This document shows, piece after piece, positions 37,064 through 50,147 of a DNA stretch of 64,000 nt (the stretch's first letter is position 1; the number at the start of each line of letters is the position of its first letter). Source of the stretch: Lama guanicoe (Eukaryota); assembly GCA_013239625.1 (NCBI GenBank), contig MU054120.1:434001-498000 (forward strand). The letters are read 5' to 3'. The position numbers and the translations under genes are program-made. Below the pieces are notes generated by a model that was given only the letters and a program-made list of their open reading frames with translations, was not told the DNA's origin and did no database searches.

Positions 37064-40000
37064 CTCATTATTGCAAAGAAGTAATTTTTATCAAATGTGT
37101 TGTCCTCTTCTGTGTCATTTCCTCTTTATCTTGCTGAGTCAGCAAAGAACGGGGTGGGGGCAGGGGGGAACTATTGCTCAAATGCCATTAAATTCCCTAG
37201 AGAAGCTCCCTTAAATACCTGTTATTCACCTGGAATAAAAGACTTGGTTTATGTCTCAGTTCCTCCAAATTTATTATTATTATCAATCAAATCTCCGAGC
37301 CTCAGTTTGCCCATCTCTAAAATAGAAACAATTACGACCTTTAGTTGCATGTAGATACTTGAGAGCTTGTTATGACTGTTCATTTGAATAAATAAATGTA
37401 ACATAGTATCATATTTCTTAAATTGATAATATATATTATTTTTTCTCAAAATGCCCTCAAAGTGGAAACTGAAACTGTTAACACCCCCTTCCAGCATCTG
37501 ATCAGGTGATGGTGTAGGTGAAAAAAATCAGATTTACTGTTTTCTAAGGGTTGAAGCTTAGTGTGCTTTTACTATTTCGGTAAGGTTTCTGAGAATTAGT
37601 GAATACTGCCAGTGTGGTCAAGGTTTCCTTCCGTGTGCCCCCATCAACCTCCGGCCTTGCTCCTTTCAGAGAGACCATATTTTCCACGAGAGAACGTTAC
37701 TTTTTTCCAAACCAAGAGAAGAATACTAGTAATACCAGTGGTGACAATAATAATTTTTAAAAAGCTATAATACTAATACAAACGCTTCTATAAGACTTGC
37801 TGTGTCAAGCACTGTTCTTAGCGTTTTCCATGTATTTGGGCTTCTAGCCTACATCTTACAGTGTATTTGGGCCTCAGCTCTAAAGCTGTGTTCTTCCACT
37901 GTCTGGTTTGACATTACAATTGATGTTATCCATTCATGAAATGAATATTTATGGACGGTCTAATACGAGACAAACTTCTGAGTGGCAAGGTGAAACCAGA
38001 TATTCCCGCTGCGCCTCACGCCCCAGTCATTTTCGGCTTTATTCTTCACTCTTTGACAAATTCTCACCTACAAATTAATTTGTTCTATTTCTCTGTTTCC
38101 CTTTATTCCTACTCTTTCCCTTGTATGTCTGGGACTTCTTTTACATGGTAAACAAACCTCCGCTTCTCAAACTCTCCAGAGAATACTCTCCTCTCTTCCG
38201 AGCTTACGTGCACTTGTCTCCCCTTCACGCCTGCTCTTGCCTCTGTGACCAGTCAGGGTGTGGATGCTCGATGCTCATGCAGGGATGGGCCGCAGGTCAC
38301 AGGGTCAGGCTCCTGGGTTTAGGATCACCGTTTCTCTTAGCATTACCTCTCTACATCTTTATTTCTAAAAATTCATCTTCATTTGGAGATGGTATCATCT
38401 GGTTCAATTCAACATAAACTGTATATTTTTCTAACAAAACCAGATAACTTAATAGACATAAACTGATACCAGCTCATTGGATGTTTATAAATATTCAGAT
38501 AGAAAATTACAAAGGACAGTCATTTAAATCATTTTTTTTATTTTCAAAAATTTATTAGACCTGAGTGCAATGGATAGCAGTGTAGTCAGAAGACCGTATC
38601 AGTAAACTCATTCCAAAGACAAGATAACTCACATATTCCAGAGATAAAATCACTAGGCTGCAAGTTTTTTTTGTATTCATGAGAGTTTCTTGCCTAACTA
38701 AAATTAGTTTTAAAATACAATCAATGCACTTTAAAAGACAAACAAGCCCAAAGTCATGTTAAGGGTCACTGGGAGAATAAATGATAAGTACTCGGGCTCT
38801 TTCTCTCAGATGCACGTGGCACGTAGCAAAACAGTATTTCTCTGAATAGTAAATTAGTAACTCCTAGTCGTGCTCACTTCTGTTTGTTTTCACCTCTCTA
38901 AGCAGAGTCAGCACATGGTTCTCTGCACTAACGGAGGACAGCATTAACATCCCTAATACAGAACAGATGACCGTGCCCTAGGGAGTTTTCTTGCAGTCAC
39001 AGCAGTAGCAGTTTCCAATCCTCTGAGAATGATTTAGAAAAAAAAAAAAAAAAAAAGGAAGCAAGCAAGCAAGGAAGTGGTAAACACTAGCTCTAGAAAA
39101 GTATTTCAGACTTTCTTCCAGCAACGTGAATTTCTGAGCTCCGAATGCCCTACGTAACCTCTTACTTTGATTGCCTGAACTTAACACACATTGATTGAGA
39201 AAATGTATTGTTTGCAAAGTAATGATAAGTGCTATGGAATATACTACTAGGAGGGGAGGAGAGAGAAGCTGCAGGAACCGAATAATTATCCCCAACTGTT
39301 AATTCTGCAAAATCCTGGAGAACATCTGTTTTATTTATCAACATACTTAACATCGAATTCAGTGCCTAGCACATCGGCAATGCCTAAGAAAGATTTGGTG
39401 AGTGAATGAATGAATAAGAAACAATGTCAGAAGGGGCTGACAATGTTTAGATAAATCAGACAAGGGTCAAGCATCTAGCCACATGCAACTCACCAATCTG
39501 AAAGCTCTAAGAAATAAATAACAAAGAAAGCCATTACATATTTAAATAAGGCTCAAACATGAACTGAGGGCAGTCTAGTAGCTGACAGTCTGATGGTAAT
39601 GCACTTGTGGGTGGGAAGGACATTTCTGGTTACTTCCTCCTTCCAGTTGCAGGGAGAGGTCCTAGAAGATACCAAGGGCAGGGGCTACTATGCACTTCAG
39701 AGGTATTCACCTGCTTGTGGTGAGGAAAGGAAATCCACGCTGGTAAGCATGCACACCAATAAATTTCTACGACCTAATTTGTCATGCCTGCATCCTCCCA
39801 GAGAATTTAATCCCAAAATATTTGCATTAATTTCTGCAGATTCGTTCCTGATTTGACAATTTTCACAGTGGTTATTTTTCCCCCTGGTGAGCTGGGGAAT
39901 GACTGGGGCAGTTTAACTTATGTACTTTAAGACACACGGCTCTAAGATTTTGCTGTTTGCACAGTGGAAAGGATTTTCAATTGGTGGCCCCCATCCAACT

Positions 40001-41289
40001 TCCTGCTTGTATTTCTTCTGGGCAGATTATGGATAACATTTTTATATCCTTACCTCCTCCGGTTTTTTATTTCTTTGCACTGCTGCAACTTAGCATGTCC
40101 ATCTTCCTATATAATTCTTCAGGGCTTTTCTGAAGGTGTACTAAATTTGCACTATAAATGGGATGCTTCTCAGAAGGCTGTCGGCTGTTATGGTGGTACA
40201 CATTTAATCAGCATGTCTGTCTCTTAGATCATCATTCTAAGAACTGCACTGCTTGAATTATGTGTTAACCTTACCTGGGATCAGAATGTTTAGAGGAGAC
40301 TTACTGTGAAGTGAAATCACATCATCTGTTTATTGTTAGTCTTTTTATTGAGGTGTTCAGAGGGGGCAGAGTTTTGATTTTCATCTTTTTGTCTTATAAT
40401 TTTTAGAAGGAACAAAATCAATTTAAGTATAAACACTAGTACGGTCCTGTTTACACAGGCTATTCTTATTTTAGAACCCTGCCTCCAAAGATGTATTTTG
40501 CAATACTTTGACAATTAAATTCACTATGTAATTTTTATAGTTTCAGTTTAATATTTTTTACTTATGTTATTTAAGGTTGACTGAAGTAGACTGCACACAG
40601 ACTATATGCTGATCTCACATGTAACCTCAGAAGCTATATCTAATTCTGTCCCCTTTTTTGCCTAAATACATATTAAAAATCTTACAGTTCACATACATGT
40701 ATCTCATTTATCCTCTTTCCAAAAACTACCCAGCTGAGTGTCAAAGGAGAAAACCTAAATATGAATAGCACACACAAGCTCAGGAAGTGCTCTGAGAAAA
40801 AAGGCATCTTAATTATAGAAGAGGAATTTAGTAAAAAGAAAATTAAGTAGCAGATATTTAGTAAGCACTTTGAATCCACTGTACACTATTTTTAGTGTTT
40901 TTTTAAGGATTATTTCATTTAAACCTTAGTGATACTTAGTGGTAGGTCCTTCTACCATCCTCATTCTGCAACTTGAATGTGGTACCTGGAGTCCAGATCC
41001 TGCACTCTCAATTGCTCAGACTTCTCATCTTTAGTAATTTCTTCCATCCTCCATCAGTTACCCACTCCCCTGGTTATCCCTCTGATTTTATCATCACAAA
41101 TCACCTCCAAAAGCTCAAATTCAAGTATCCCCCACCCCTTTTTTTTTCTACTACAACCTCTTATTCTTCGAACACCCCTGTTCTGATTCTCCAATTTCAG
41201 TAAGTCGTTATTACAGTAGGGAGACCAGCATAACCCTATTATGCAGGGCTGCTGCACAAATTCATAGTGTTTCGTGTTTTCGTCTTCAT

Positions 41290-43250
41290 GAGTTGGACCA
41301 TTGACTATCAGAATTGTATCAACTCTCTGCAAATCGATATATAGGTTCATTACAACTATAATCAACATACCAAATACTTTGTTTTGAGGAACTTGAAAAC
41401 AAACTAAACAAAACTTTGTGTGGAAATACAAGGGGCCAAAAATATCCAAGGCAACTTAAAGGAAAAGACTAAAGTGATAGGACTTGCTCTCCAAAACCAA
41501 GAATAATTAAAGATACAGTAATTAAGAGCAAGTAACATTAGTGAAAAAACAAAGATATGAATGAAACAGAATAGAAGCTCAGAAACAGATCATACAAATA
41601 TGAGCATTTGATTTCTAACAATGGTAGTTCTGTAAAACTTTGAGGGAAATAGATATCTGTAATTATCGATGCAAAAATTGGTTACCCATAAGTAGAACAC
41701 AAAATTAAATGAGCTCTTATCCTACTTAATACACATATGCGTGCGCACACACACACACACACTCAACCAATTCCAGGTGAGTTATAGACCTAAATGTGAA
41801 AAGCACTGAATAAAAGTTCTAGAATACAATTGGCCCTCCGTATCCGTGGGATCTGCGTTTCCATATGAAGTCGGTTGAATCTTCAGATGAGGAAGCTGCG
41901 GAGGACTGAGGGTGCTAAGCCATTTCATATTAGGGACTTGAGCCCTTGTGGATGCTGGTATTCTTGGAGGCTCCTGGAACCAATCCCTTGCCGATACCAA
42001 GGGGACAACTCTCAATATATTGGTAAATCCTGATAATCTCTCAGTATAATCCTTAGGAGTTTGATGGTAGGGAATTATTCATTAAGCAAGACACAAAAAG
42101 AATTGGGCAAAACAGCTAGATTGATAAATGGACCACATTAAACTTAATAACTCATATCTATCAAAGAATGTTAAAGAGTAAAGGATATAAAAATTTCATG
42201 ATCTACCCAGAAGAAACAGAAGTAGGAAGTCGGATGGGGGCCATAAATTTTAAATCCTTTCTACTGTGCAACCTACAGTTGGAAAAGGGTATTTGCAACA
42301 CATGTAATCAATAAAATCTCATATTCAGAATATATAAAAACTCTTAAAATGCAAAAAGAAAATAGCAAAAAATGGAAAAATGTGCAAAAATCTTAAAAAG
42401 TACTTCAAAAAATACCCAATCTTATTAGTAATCAGAGAAATAAATGCAACCTGAAGTCACAAATAGACACAACACACTGATGAGCAGAATGACAAAAAGT
42501 CCAATAGTGTGATAGCAGCAAGTGTCGGCAAGGCTGAGCCTCAGCAGGGGTTTTCACAATTCGCTGGTGGGAGTGTTAACTGGCAAGGCCACTGTGGAAG
42601 ACAATTGGCCATATCTAGTAGACCTGGAAAACAGACATCGTAGGACATAGTGTATTTCATGTACATCCAAAACCCCACAGAAATGCTTGCACGTGTTCAC
42701 TAAGATGTGTGTACTCGGAGGTTCATAGTGCATAGTTCAAAACTACAACCAAACATCCAACAACTGTAAAATAGATAAATTATACACTATTCATATCATT
42801 AAATACTAAACAGCAATGAACGTAAGCTGCAGATGCATGCAAAGACATTTATGAATTTTAAAAACATAATGTTAAGGGAAAGAAGTCAACACGGTTAAGA
42901 AAAAACACTATATGAGTCCATTTATATAAAATTTAAAAACAGCGAATTTAACCTTTTCTTCCTGATGCATATTTAGGTACTAAAACTCTGAAGTAAAGAA
43001 GGGAAGTAAATACTATAAACTTCAGGATAGTTATTAATGCAGGAAGTAGGGAGGGAGGTATGCTCAGGAAGACCTCTGTAGGAAACTTGTGGGGGGACCT
43101 GCTGGATTCCATGTCTTGATCTGAACAGGGTTACAGGGTGTTTATCCTCCACCAGTTTGTTAGGCTGAGCATTTATTTATTTATTTTTTAATCTTTGTTA
43201 CATATTAGTGAAAAGTAAGATGTAATTATATTAAAACAGTTGTGTACGTG
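41290..43250 (+). mobile_element. Old LINE-1 (L1ME/MC-like) ORF2-3'UTR fragment
   Basis: aaatcgatatataggttcattacaactataatcaacatacc, cagttggaaaagggtatttgcaacacatg and gctggtgggagtgttaactgg motifs. Confidence 0.75.
41827..42011 (-). mobile_element. MER2-like TcMar-Tigger non-autonomous DNA transposon, nested in L1
   Basis: Terminal inverted repeats caattggccctccgtatccgtggg and cttgccgataccaaggggacaact, TA at the left flank, and internal gggacttgagc...cctggaaccaatccc. Confidence 0.8.
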
Positions 43251-43410
43251 GATACCACATTTTAATGTTTCCAGACAACTCTTTGAAGATAGAGTTGAAA
43301 GAGCAGTAAGGAGGAGGCAAAGTGTCCCCATCTGGATAACATGTGAACATACTCATAAATCAGTGAAAGCAAAAAAAATGCAAAATTGTGAACAGTATAA
43401 AAGGAGAAAG

Positions 43411-43713
43411 CCTAAGCGAGCAGGCCACTCTGGGGCCTTCCCGGGACAGAGCCCTCCCCCACATCCTCTTCTGCAACTGATCACCGTCAGCCAATCAGAA
43501 TTGTGCACCGCTGATCACATGCCCTGGGAAGCCACCCTCCCCCCCTTAACTGGCCTTTAAAAATGCTCGGCTGAAGCCCTTCAGAGAGTCTGGGGCTTTG
43601 GGGCATGAGCCGCTTGTTCTCCTTACTCAGCCAGCAGTAAACTTTTCCTCTGACGTTTGGGTGTGTTTTGGCCTCACTGGGCATCAGACACATGAACTTG
43701 CATTTGGTTAACA
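43411..43713 (+). mobile_element. 5' LTR (internally deleted)
   Basis: Ends ...catttggttaaca and aligns to the 3' LTR except for a missing U3 block. Confidence 0.85.
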
Positions 43714-43717
43714 GTTT

Positions 43718-43738
43718 TAGCAAAGCCAGCCTAGGAGT
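43718..43738 (+). promoter_or_regulatory. Primer binding site, tRNA-Arg(ACG)-like
   Basis: tagcaaagccagcctaggagt resembles TGGCGAGCCAGCCAGGAGT, the complement of the tRNA-Arg(ACG) 3' end, and lies directly after the LTR. Confidence 0.65.
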
Positions 43739-44610
43739 TTGGACCCGTGGTGTGTCTATGCTAGCCAGCGGCAGCCTCTTCCCTGGGTCCCCAGCAGCTG
43801 CCAGAGCTTGCTCACTCCAGGGACCGGGGAGGCACGAGGCTGTTTGGAACCGAGACCTGTCCGGAGCTGTGGTCCACATACGGTGTCGCCTGAGGGAGTG
43901 TCACTCCAGCTCGTGTAGGCTGGGGATTTTCTCCACTCACTTCTCTTGTGGGAGGTGAGCTGCTCTGGGCTCATTGTGAGCCACTCTGGGTTCATTCTTT
44001 TGAGAGCTGGACCCATGATTTTGGAGGCCTCTGTCTGGGAGTGGAAGTGGAATTTTTAGACTCTGCCTCCTCTGATTGTCTGTGCAACTGTAGCTTATTT
44101 GGTGTTTGTGTTTTTGTGTGTATCGTTTCGGGATGAGCCACTGGGGCTGCGCAGGATGGGAATATTCTACCCGCTTTGCCTGGGCTCATTCCTTAAGTGA
44201 GCCCCTCTGGGTCCATTCGTGTTGGGGAGCCAGGCCACTCTGGAGACCTCTGTCTGGGAGTGGAAGCAGAATTTTGGGGCTGCACTTTAGTCTGACCTTT
44301 TGCTTGCGGGACCATATTTGCTGTTAGCATGCGTGTGTGTCAGTACTTGCACTGGCTGGTTCAGACATCTTCGATGAGGAACAGGGCTCATGTGTGACGA
44401 CACCCAGGTGTCTCTCTTGTGCAGGCAGGGCACTGGCTGAGATTTTCCCTTCTAGCCTTGGTCATTCCGCTTCATCTCCGATGGCCATTGGCTGGGGTTC
44501 TCCCCTTTTCAGACTGACAAGGCATTGGCTGGGAATCCCCCTTTCTGGGGCCAGGGAACTGTGACCCTGTGAGGCCTTTTTGAATTGTTGTTTGCTTGAT
44601 ATTTGGTAAC

Positions 44611-44865
44611 ATGGGCTGTGAATAATCAAGTATAGGTGATCAGAGCACTCTTCCATCTTACAGTCCCCCTGGGAGACTATATTTTGCAAAACTGGAAGAC
44701 CTTTTTGCTATGCTCCCATAAATGAAAGAAAATTTTGTATATATATATATAATTTTTTTTAATGTACCACTGTGTGGGTTCAGTATCCCTGAGATCTGGA
44801 GAACAATGGCCCTAATGGCTCTGCTGTTACATCAAAGTGGTCCTTTTGCAGTTGCTTCAGCTTTT
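44611..44865 (+). pseudogene. gag: Degenerate ERV1 gag (matrix region) relic
   Basis: Broken frames read MG...SP.LG.YILQNWKTF...TTVWVQYP..SGEQWP.NGS...LLQL, like the class I gag N-terminal motif SPLGCIL.NW..F...CNT.WPQY.L..GE.WP.NGS...ILQL. Confidence 0.7.
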
Positions 44866-44874
44866 ATCTTGGCT

Positions 44875-44901
44875 GTGTGTGTGTGAATACACGTGTGTGT
44901 A

Positions 44902-44942
<41 letters not shown>
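44875..44942. repeat. (TG)n microsatellite
   Basis: Imperfect TG array. Confidence 0.9.
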
Positions 44943-44943
<1 letters not shown>

Positions 44944-47900
44944 TCTGGTACCTGAATCCAAATCCTGTTTTCACTTCCTCATTTTACTGAAAGTGAGGTA
45001 TGTGAATGTGAATGAATTTATATATAGATATAATTGCTTATTATTGTTATTTCCTTAAACTGAAGTGGATATTTTGGAAATGGAAAAAAAAAATCCCTGA
45101 AAATAGCCAACATAGTTGGATTGTATAAAAGCAATTAGAGGAGAAATTTGTATTTCTCTTTCTGTGCCTTTGAGATGTAGATGATCTACCTGGGTTCTCA
45201 AGGGGGAAAAAATGTTTGTTTTTTGTTTTTTAACTCAAGCAGAAAAATTGTGAGATCTCTAACTCTGTCTTTATGTAAAAATTAAGTTGTAAATGAGCTC
45301 TATTTAGTAGACTTAAAAGTGCTTACAAATTAAATACTTCTAAGTATAAAAGAAGCTAGACAGAACAAATTTTGGATTCATGTGATCCGAGAAATACTCA
45401 ATATTGAATTGATATTTGATATTAAATCTAGCTTAAGCTTGTTTGTGTAATCCATACGGACATCTTTTATTGTAATTAGGTTTATTGGAGGTCAGTAAAT
45501 TCATGTTGTTTCTGTTGTAGTTTGTCAGCAGAAAGAAAAATTAATTGATTTGGTATGATGAGATTCTTAAGTGAATTAAATAAGAGTTAGGACCTTTTGG
45601 GTCAACTCTTTGGAAATAATTATGTTTTAAGAATGTCTGTTTAAAAATTTTCTCTCCAGATAGTTAGTGACTTGAAATTTGTGGTAAATTAAATTAAAAG
45701 ATGGAAGCTTATTGAATAGTTGAATAGGTAAGTCATTCCCAAACAAAATGAGATACTGAAACATTCACTAGAAATGAAGATTTTTGAGAACTGAGGATTC
45801 TAATGTAAATATATAATTGAAATTACTAAAAATAATGAGGGAGGCAATCCAGTCTACAGGAGGAAAGTGGGATGTATGTTTTGAGGTTAAAAAAAGAAAA
45901 AGATGAGGAATGGAATTGCATTTTGCTAAAAAAAAAAAAGTGGCTTGTTCCTGGAGCTGGTTATTTCTAGATGGGAAAACATAAAAGACAAACTAATATG
46001 GATACAGAATGTTATGGGAAGTTTGTGGAAAGGAAGCCCTAAAAAGGGAGTTCTGTGCATGGTTGGGCTGAGATTAGATTGAATTTAATTAGGTAAATGG
46101 ATTTTGTTATTAAAAGCAGGCTGGTACGGGACTAAATTTGGTTTCTCTGTTAAGAGAACAAGTTTACTTAGAATGCTTCTGATAACAGATTGTGTGAAAC
46201 TGTGGTATTTTTGACAGACTTCCTATCAAATCCTAGTTGAAGTTCTTTTGACTTCAGCTAACTTTGGGATGCTCCAGAGGGCCCCTGAGACATCTCAGAG
46301 AAAAATATTAAACGAACTAGGATTAGTTATGGTGAATTACATGGGAAGCATTGTCAGATGAGTGATAAGCCGCCTCAGATTGTATGGTGTGGATGAATCT
46401 CGTTGATGTGGACATTCTGGAGATTGTGTGGAGTTTTTGAAATTTAGGTATGTCCTGGTATAATGCTATTAGTCATAATTCTGGTTGTTATCTTGAGATG
46501 TTGTATGTCACAGCAACTTGATTAAGCTTCTTTGTCAGAAACACTGTAATTGGGTTTTTTGCTTTGCCTTTTTGGGTCTTTTGTCATTCATAGATGGTTC
46601 AGCCAATGCTTTGCAGCACTGTTTCATATTCACAAAGGTTCATAAAAAGGACTTTTTGACAAGTACAGGTTTCTTTTAAATGATACTGCTGAGCTGAATG
46701 GGATATTTAAGAAATCTAATGAAAACTGATCTCATAAAACTGTTAGTAAAATGGGTTGATCACATAGGATTGCGTGAACTGATGAATATGGTTATTTTTC
46801 GGTTGTCTAAAGTATTACTGGTTTTTAATGTATTTTCTAATTGAACTGTTTACCAAATATTTCTCATCTATCAATATTGCTCCCAGTATTTAGGATAGAA
46901 AGAGAATTCTGTAATGGGTTGTCACAAGGTGTAACTACTCATGATGTATAACAATGCTTGCTTTAAGTCTGTTGCTGAAGCACACGTACAATTGGGTGTA
47001 AGTGAGAAAATGTATGGCCTGTGAAGGGTTTCCTCATTAACATACCTCTGAGCCCGTTCACGATAGCTGATTAGTTCCCCCCAGTGTGGATGACTAGGCA
47101 AAGATGAAGGAGGCCCAGCACCGAGGGACGTGCTCTGACCCTGGGACAGGAGCTGCTACCCCAGCATCGAGGGACGACTATTTTGATCATCAGTGCTTTC
47201 TGTTGAAAGATTTTCAATCAAAAGGGGGAAATGATGGGAAAATCTGCACTTACTGAGGTATGGGGAAGTCATTCTGGCTTATTTATTATTGGACTTAAAC
47301 TCTACTGACCAGAGTGGCCTGTTTTACAGCCTTTTGGATATGCATTGTACCTCTGCTTTGGCCGTGAGGAGGGGAATGCGTTTGAAAGTCAAAATGGAGT
47401 CGTTGTGGTTCAGACATTCAAGGTAAAATGAATTGGCCGCTGTGGACATGATTTCAGACATGCTCCTGCATTGGGAGCACTCTGGTGTTCCGAGCTGATG
47501 CTGGGGCTGCCCCCAGCTATTCTCAAAGTAGTGTCTGCTGGCTGATGGCAGCTGCAACCTTATGACCTCAAGGTCTCTTCTCATTACTATTACATTTTTA
47601 GACAATAAAATTGCTTTAGGTCAGATGTCTGCAGAAAAAAGGAGACATATGTAGTGGCCAAGAGCATATAGACACACACACACACACACACACCCCCGCC
47701 CCACATCAAAAGTTAAAACCTACTCAGATGAAAGCAGACAACTGGCTGCGTGACTAAAAGTTCCCCACAAAGTGCCAGGTCCAGACTGTTTTTCAGGCTT
47801 ATTTTCCTGAATTTCTCAGGGAATGAGATGTTAATCTCACAAGACTCGGATCCAGGACTTGGTCCTGGGGAACATTTCCAACTCGATGTCTATTCCCCAA

Positions 47901-48098
47901 ATGGAGAGGAATTGTGCCCCTTTTCAGCAGGAAGTAGCCAGAGTAGTCATTACCCCATCCCCTGAAAGAGGAGGGATGGGTAGGGAGTGAAACAGGATTG
48001 GGGATTGAAACTGAGTTCATCTGCCAAGTTTATGATTAATCTCTTGTTCCACATCTGTTCTCCCCAAGATTGAGGCATATCAAAGAAAAAGGGAGAAC

Positions 48099-48549
48099 TG
48101 TAACCTAGCAGGACCCTATGGGGCCTTTCTGGGACAGACCCCTCCCCCATATCCTGTGCTTTGCTCCTCTCTGAAATGCCGAGATAATAGGGTCTCATGC
48201 ATACTTCCTGAGTTGCTCAGATGCTAAAAATCACCACCAAATGGAAGAAATTAACTACTTGATCATGAGCACATAGCCCTCAGAGCTGCTGGTGCCTAAG
48301 GACTGATCACCGCCAGCCGATCAGAACTGTGCACAGCTGATCGCATGCCCTGGGACGCCCCGCCCTCGATTGGCCTTTAAAAAAGCTCGGCTGAAACCCT
48401 TCAGAGAGTTGAGGAGGGCGCTTCTTTGGGCATGAGCCACTCGCTCTCCTTGCTCAGACCAGCAATAAAGATTTCTTGCTCCAAACTCAGACATTTGTGT
48501 ATTTTTGGCCTGACTGTGTGTCGGGCATGCGAACTCATATTCAGTAATA
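48099..48549 (+). mobile_element. 3' LTR
   Basis: Starts tgtaacc after the PPT, has the TATA-like tttaaaaa and AATAAA at ~48464, and ends cagtaata. Confidence 0.88.
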
Positions 48550-48689
48550 AGACGGTTGCAGCTTAGATGTAGAGGTGATGAAAGCAGCTTGGATCAGTCA
48601 GGCGCCACCTGGATACAGATGGCTTATTCTAAAGGCTTTAACTTGAAAGGGATGGAGCACCTACAGAGGTATGAAGAGGATTTACGGAG

Positions 48690-49110
48690 CAAGAATGATT
48701 GTTGAGGCTACCAGGGACTTGTAACAGTATGAAGTCCTTACAGCCTTTTAGCCTGAGGGGGCAAGGGAGGGAATGAACGGTTTAGCCAAGTCCAAGTGAA
48801 GGCTGACGCAGAGGAGGAGGGTTACCCCATAGGAGCCAGAACCCATATGTAGCCCCTGCAGGGAAGCAGGATGGAAATAGGGCAAAAGATAGGCCTGGGG
48901 AGATACATCACCTACTATCTTCTTCCCACTCTCTAATCTCCCTTCACTGCTTGCCATTGTCCAGCCCCACTGAGAGTCAGTGTGTGAGTGGCTCAAGCAT
49001 ATAGTGTGAAGAGGCTAGTCTTCTGTGACTCAGAGCAGGGCAGAGGAAGGCAGAGGAACCACGTACGGATGGGGAAGAGCAAATGTGGACTAACAGCCCG
49101 GGACTGTTAT
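48690..49110. mobile_element. Old ERVL LTR (LTR33-like)
   Basis: ctctctaatctcccttcactgcttgccattg...cagagcagggcagaggaagg...ggatggggaagagcaaatg. Confidence 0.5.
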
Positions 49111-49781
49111 TAGTAGAGAAAACTTGGTTCAGAAAGGACACTTCTTGGGCAAGAGGAATTATAGGAATACATGGGTGATAATTCAGAGACAGTTTCAGTG
49201 CAAGAGAAAGAGAGTTCAGGGAGCTCTTAACTGATGGCCTTAATCTCAAAGTCAATGTGGGGGTTGTCTGCTTGTAGGGAAGAAAACCAGGGTAGATCAG
49301 GCCATTTGAGAAGCCTGGAGTTTGAAATGACTGTGGTGAGAAATTTAGTGCACAGTCAATTAGGTTTGGGTAAAAAAACTGCTGAGTTGCATGGAAGGCA
49401 AGTGAATTTTTCGTATGATGACACTTTCTCCATTTCGGTGTCTAAGCAAATGTTAATCAAAACCACTTATACAGAAATTAAAATAAGCTTTATTTAACTG
49501 CTTTTAAGACAAAAAAGAGTTTTGAGGGCAGGAACTGTGTCTCACTCGTACGTGTTTCCACACCACCTTTCCTCCCTCACCCACATTACAGACACCCGAA
49601 CACATGTGCATGCTTGTGTGTGCACTCAGGTTCACAATCTAACAGGATACTTGAAATCTTCCTAATCAGGATATGTATTTCTTACCTTAATCAATTGTAA
49701 GTAACTTAGTACACAAATAGAGAGTGTTGGTTGGTTAAGTCCTGAGTTTTAGCTGTAGTTCCATTATATAATTTTGTTGAA

Positions 49782-50147
49782 CGTGATTATCTGAGTGTTT
49801 GTCTTCCCCTAAGACTCATACATTGGAATATTCACGCCCCATGTGATGGTGTTAGTAGGTGGGGCTTTGGGGAGGTGTGTAAGCCCTGAGAGTAGAGCCA
49901 TCACGACGGGGGTTAGTGCCTTATGAACGTGACTCCGGAGAGATCCTGAGGTCCTGCCACCGTGCGCGACACAGCGAGAAGGCACCAGCTAAGACGCAGA
50001 AAGAGGGCCCTCACCAGAAGGGGACCGTGCTGCTGTCTTAGACTGGAGACCTCTCAGCCTCCAGGACTGTGAGCAGTAAATTTCTGCTGCTTATAACCTA
50101 CCCAGTATGTGGTTTTTTGTCACAGCAGCATGAGCCAGACTAAGACA
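49782..50147 (+). mobile_element. MaLR solo LTR (MLT1A-like)
   Basis: ctgagtgtttgtcttcccctaagactcatac...cagcctccaggactgtgagcagtaaatttctgctg...gactaagaca. Confidence 0.85.

Larger units (their letters stand above)
43411..48549 (+). mobile_element. Non-autonomous class I (ERV1, MER4-group-like) endogenous retrovirus with two LTRs
   Basis: Homologous LTRs at ~43411-43713 and 48099-48549, sharing actgatcaccg..cagcc.atcagaa.tgtgcac.gctgatc.catgccctggga and tggcctttaaaaa.gctcggctgaa.cccttcagagagt. PBS just after the 5' LTR, PPT aaagaaaaagggagaac just before the 3' LTR, a gag relic, and an AT-rich non-coding interior. Confidence 0.9.

Noticed and set aside
38895..39023. Possible minus-strand exon after a T-rich acceptor
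   Set aside because: The pyrimidine tract is a simple poly(A/T) run, the donor is weak and the peptide is not recognisable.
43240..45058. Dense ORF cluster suggesting a gene
   Set aside because: It comes from the GC-richer ERV LTR and leader; only the short disrupted gag relic has protein homology.
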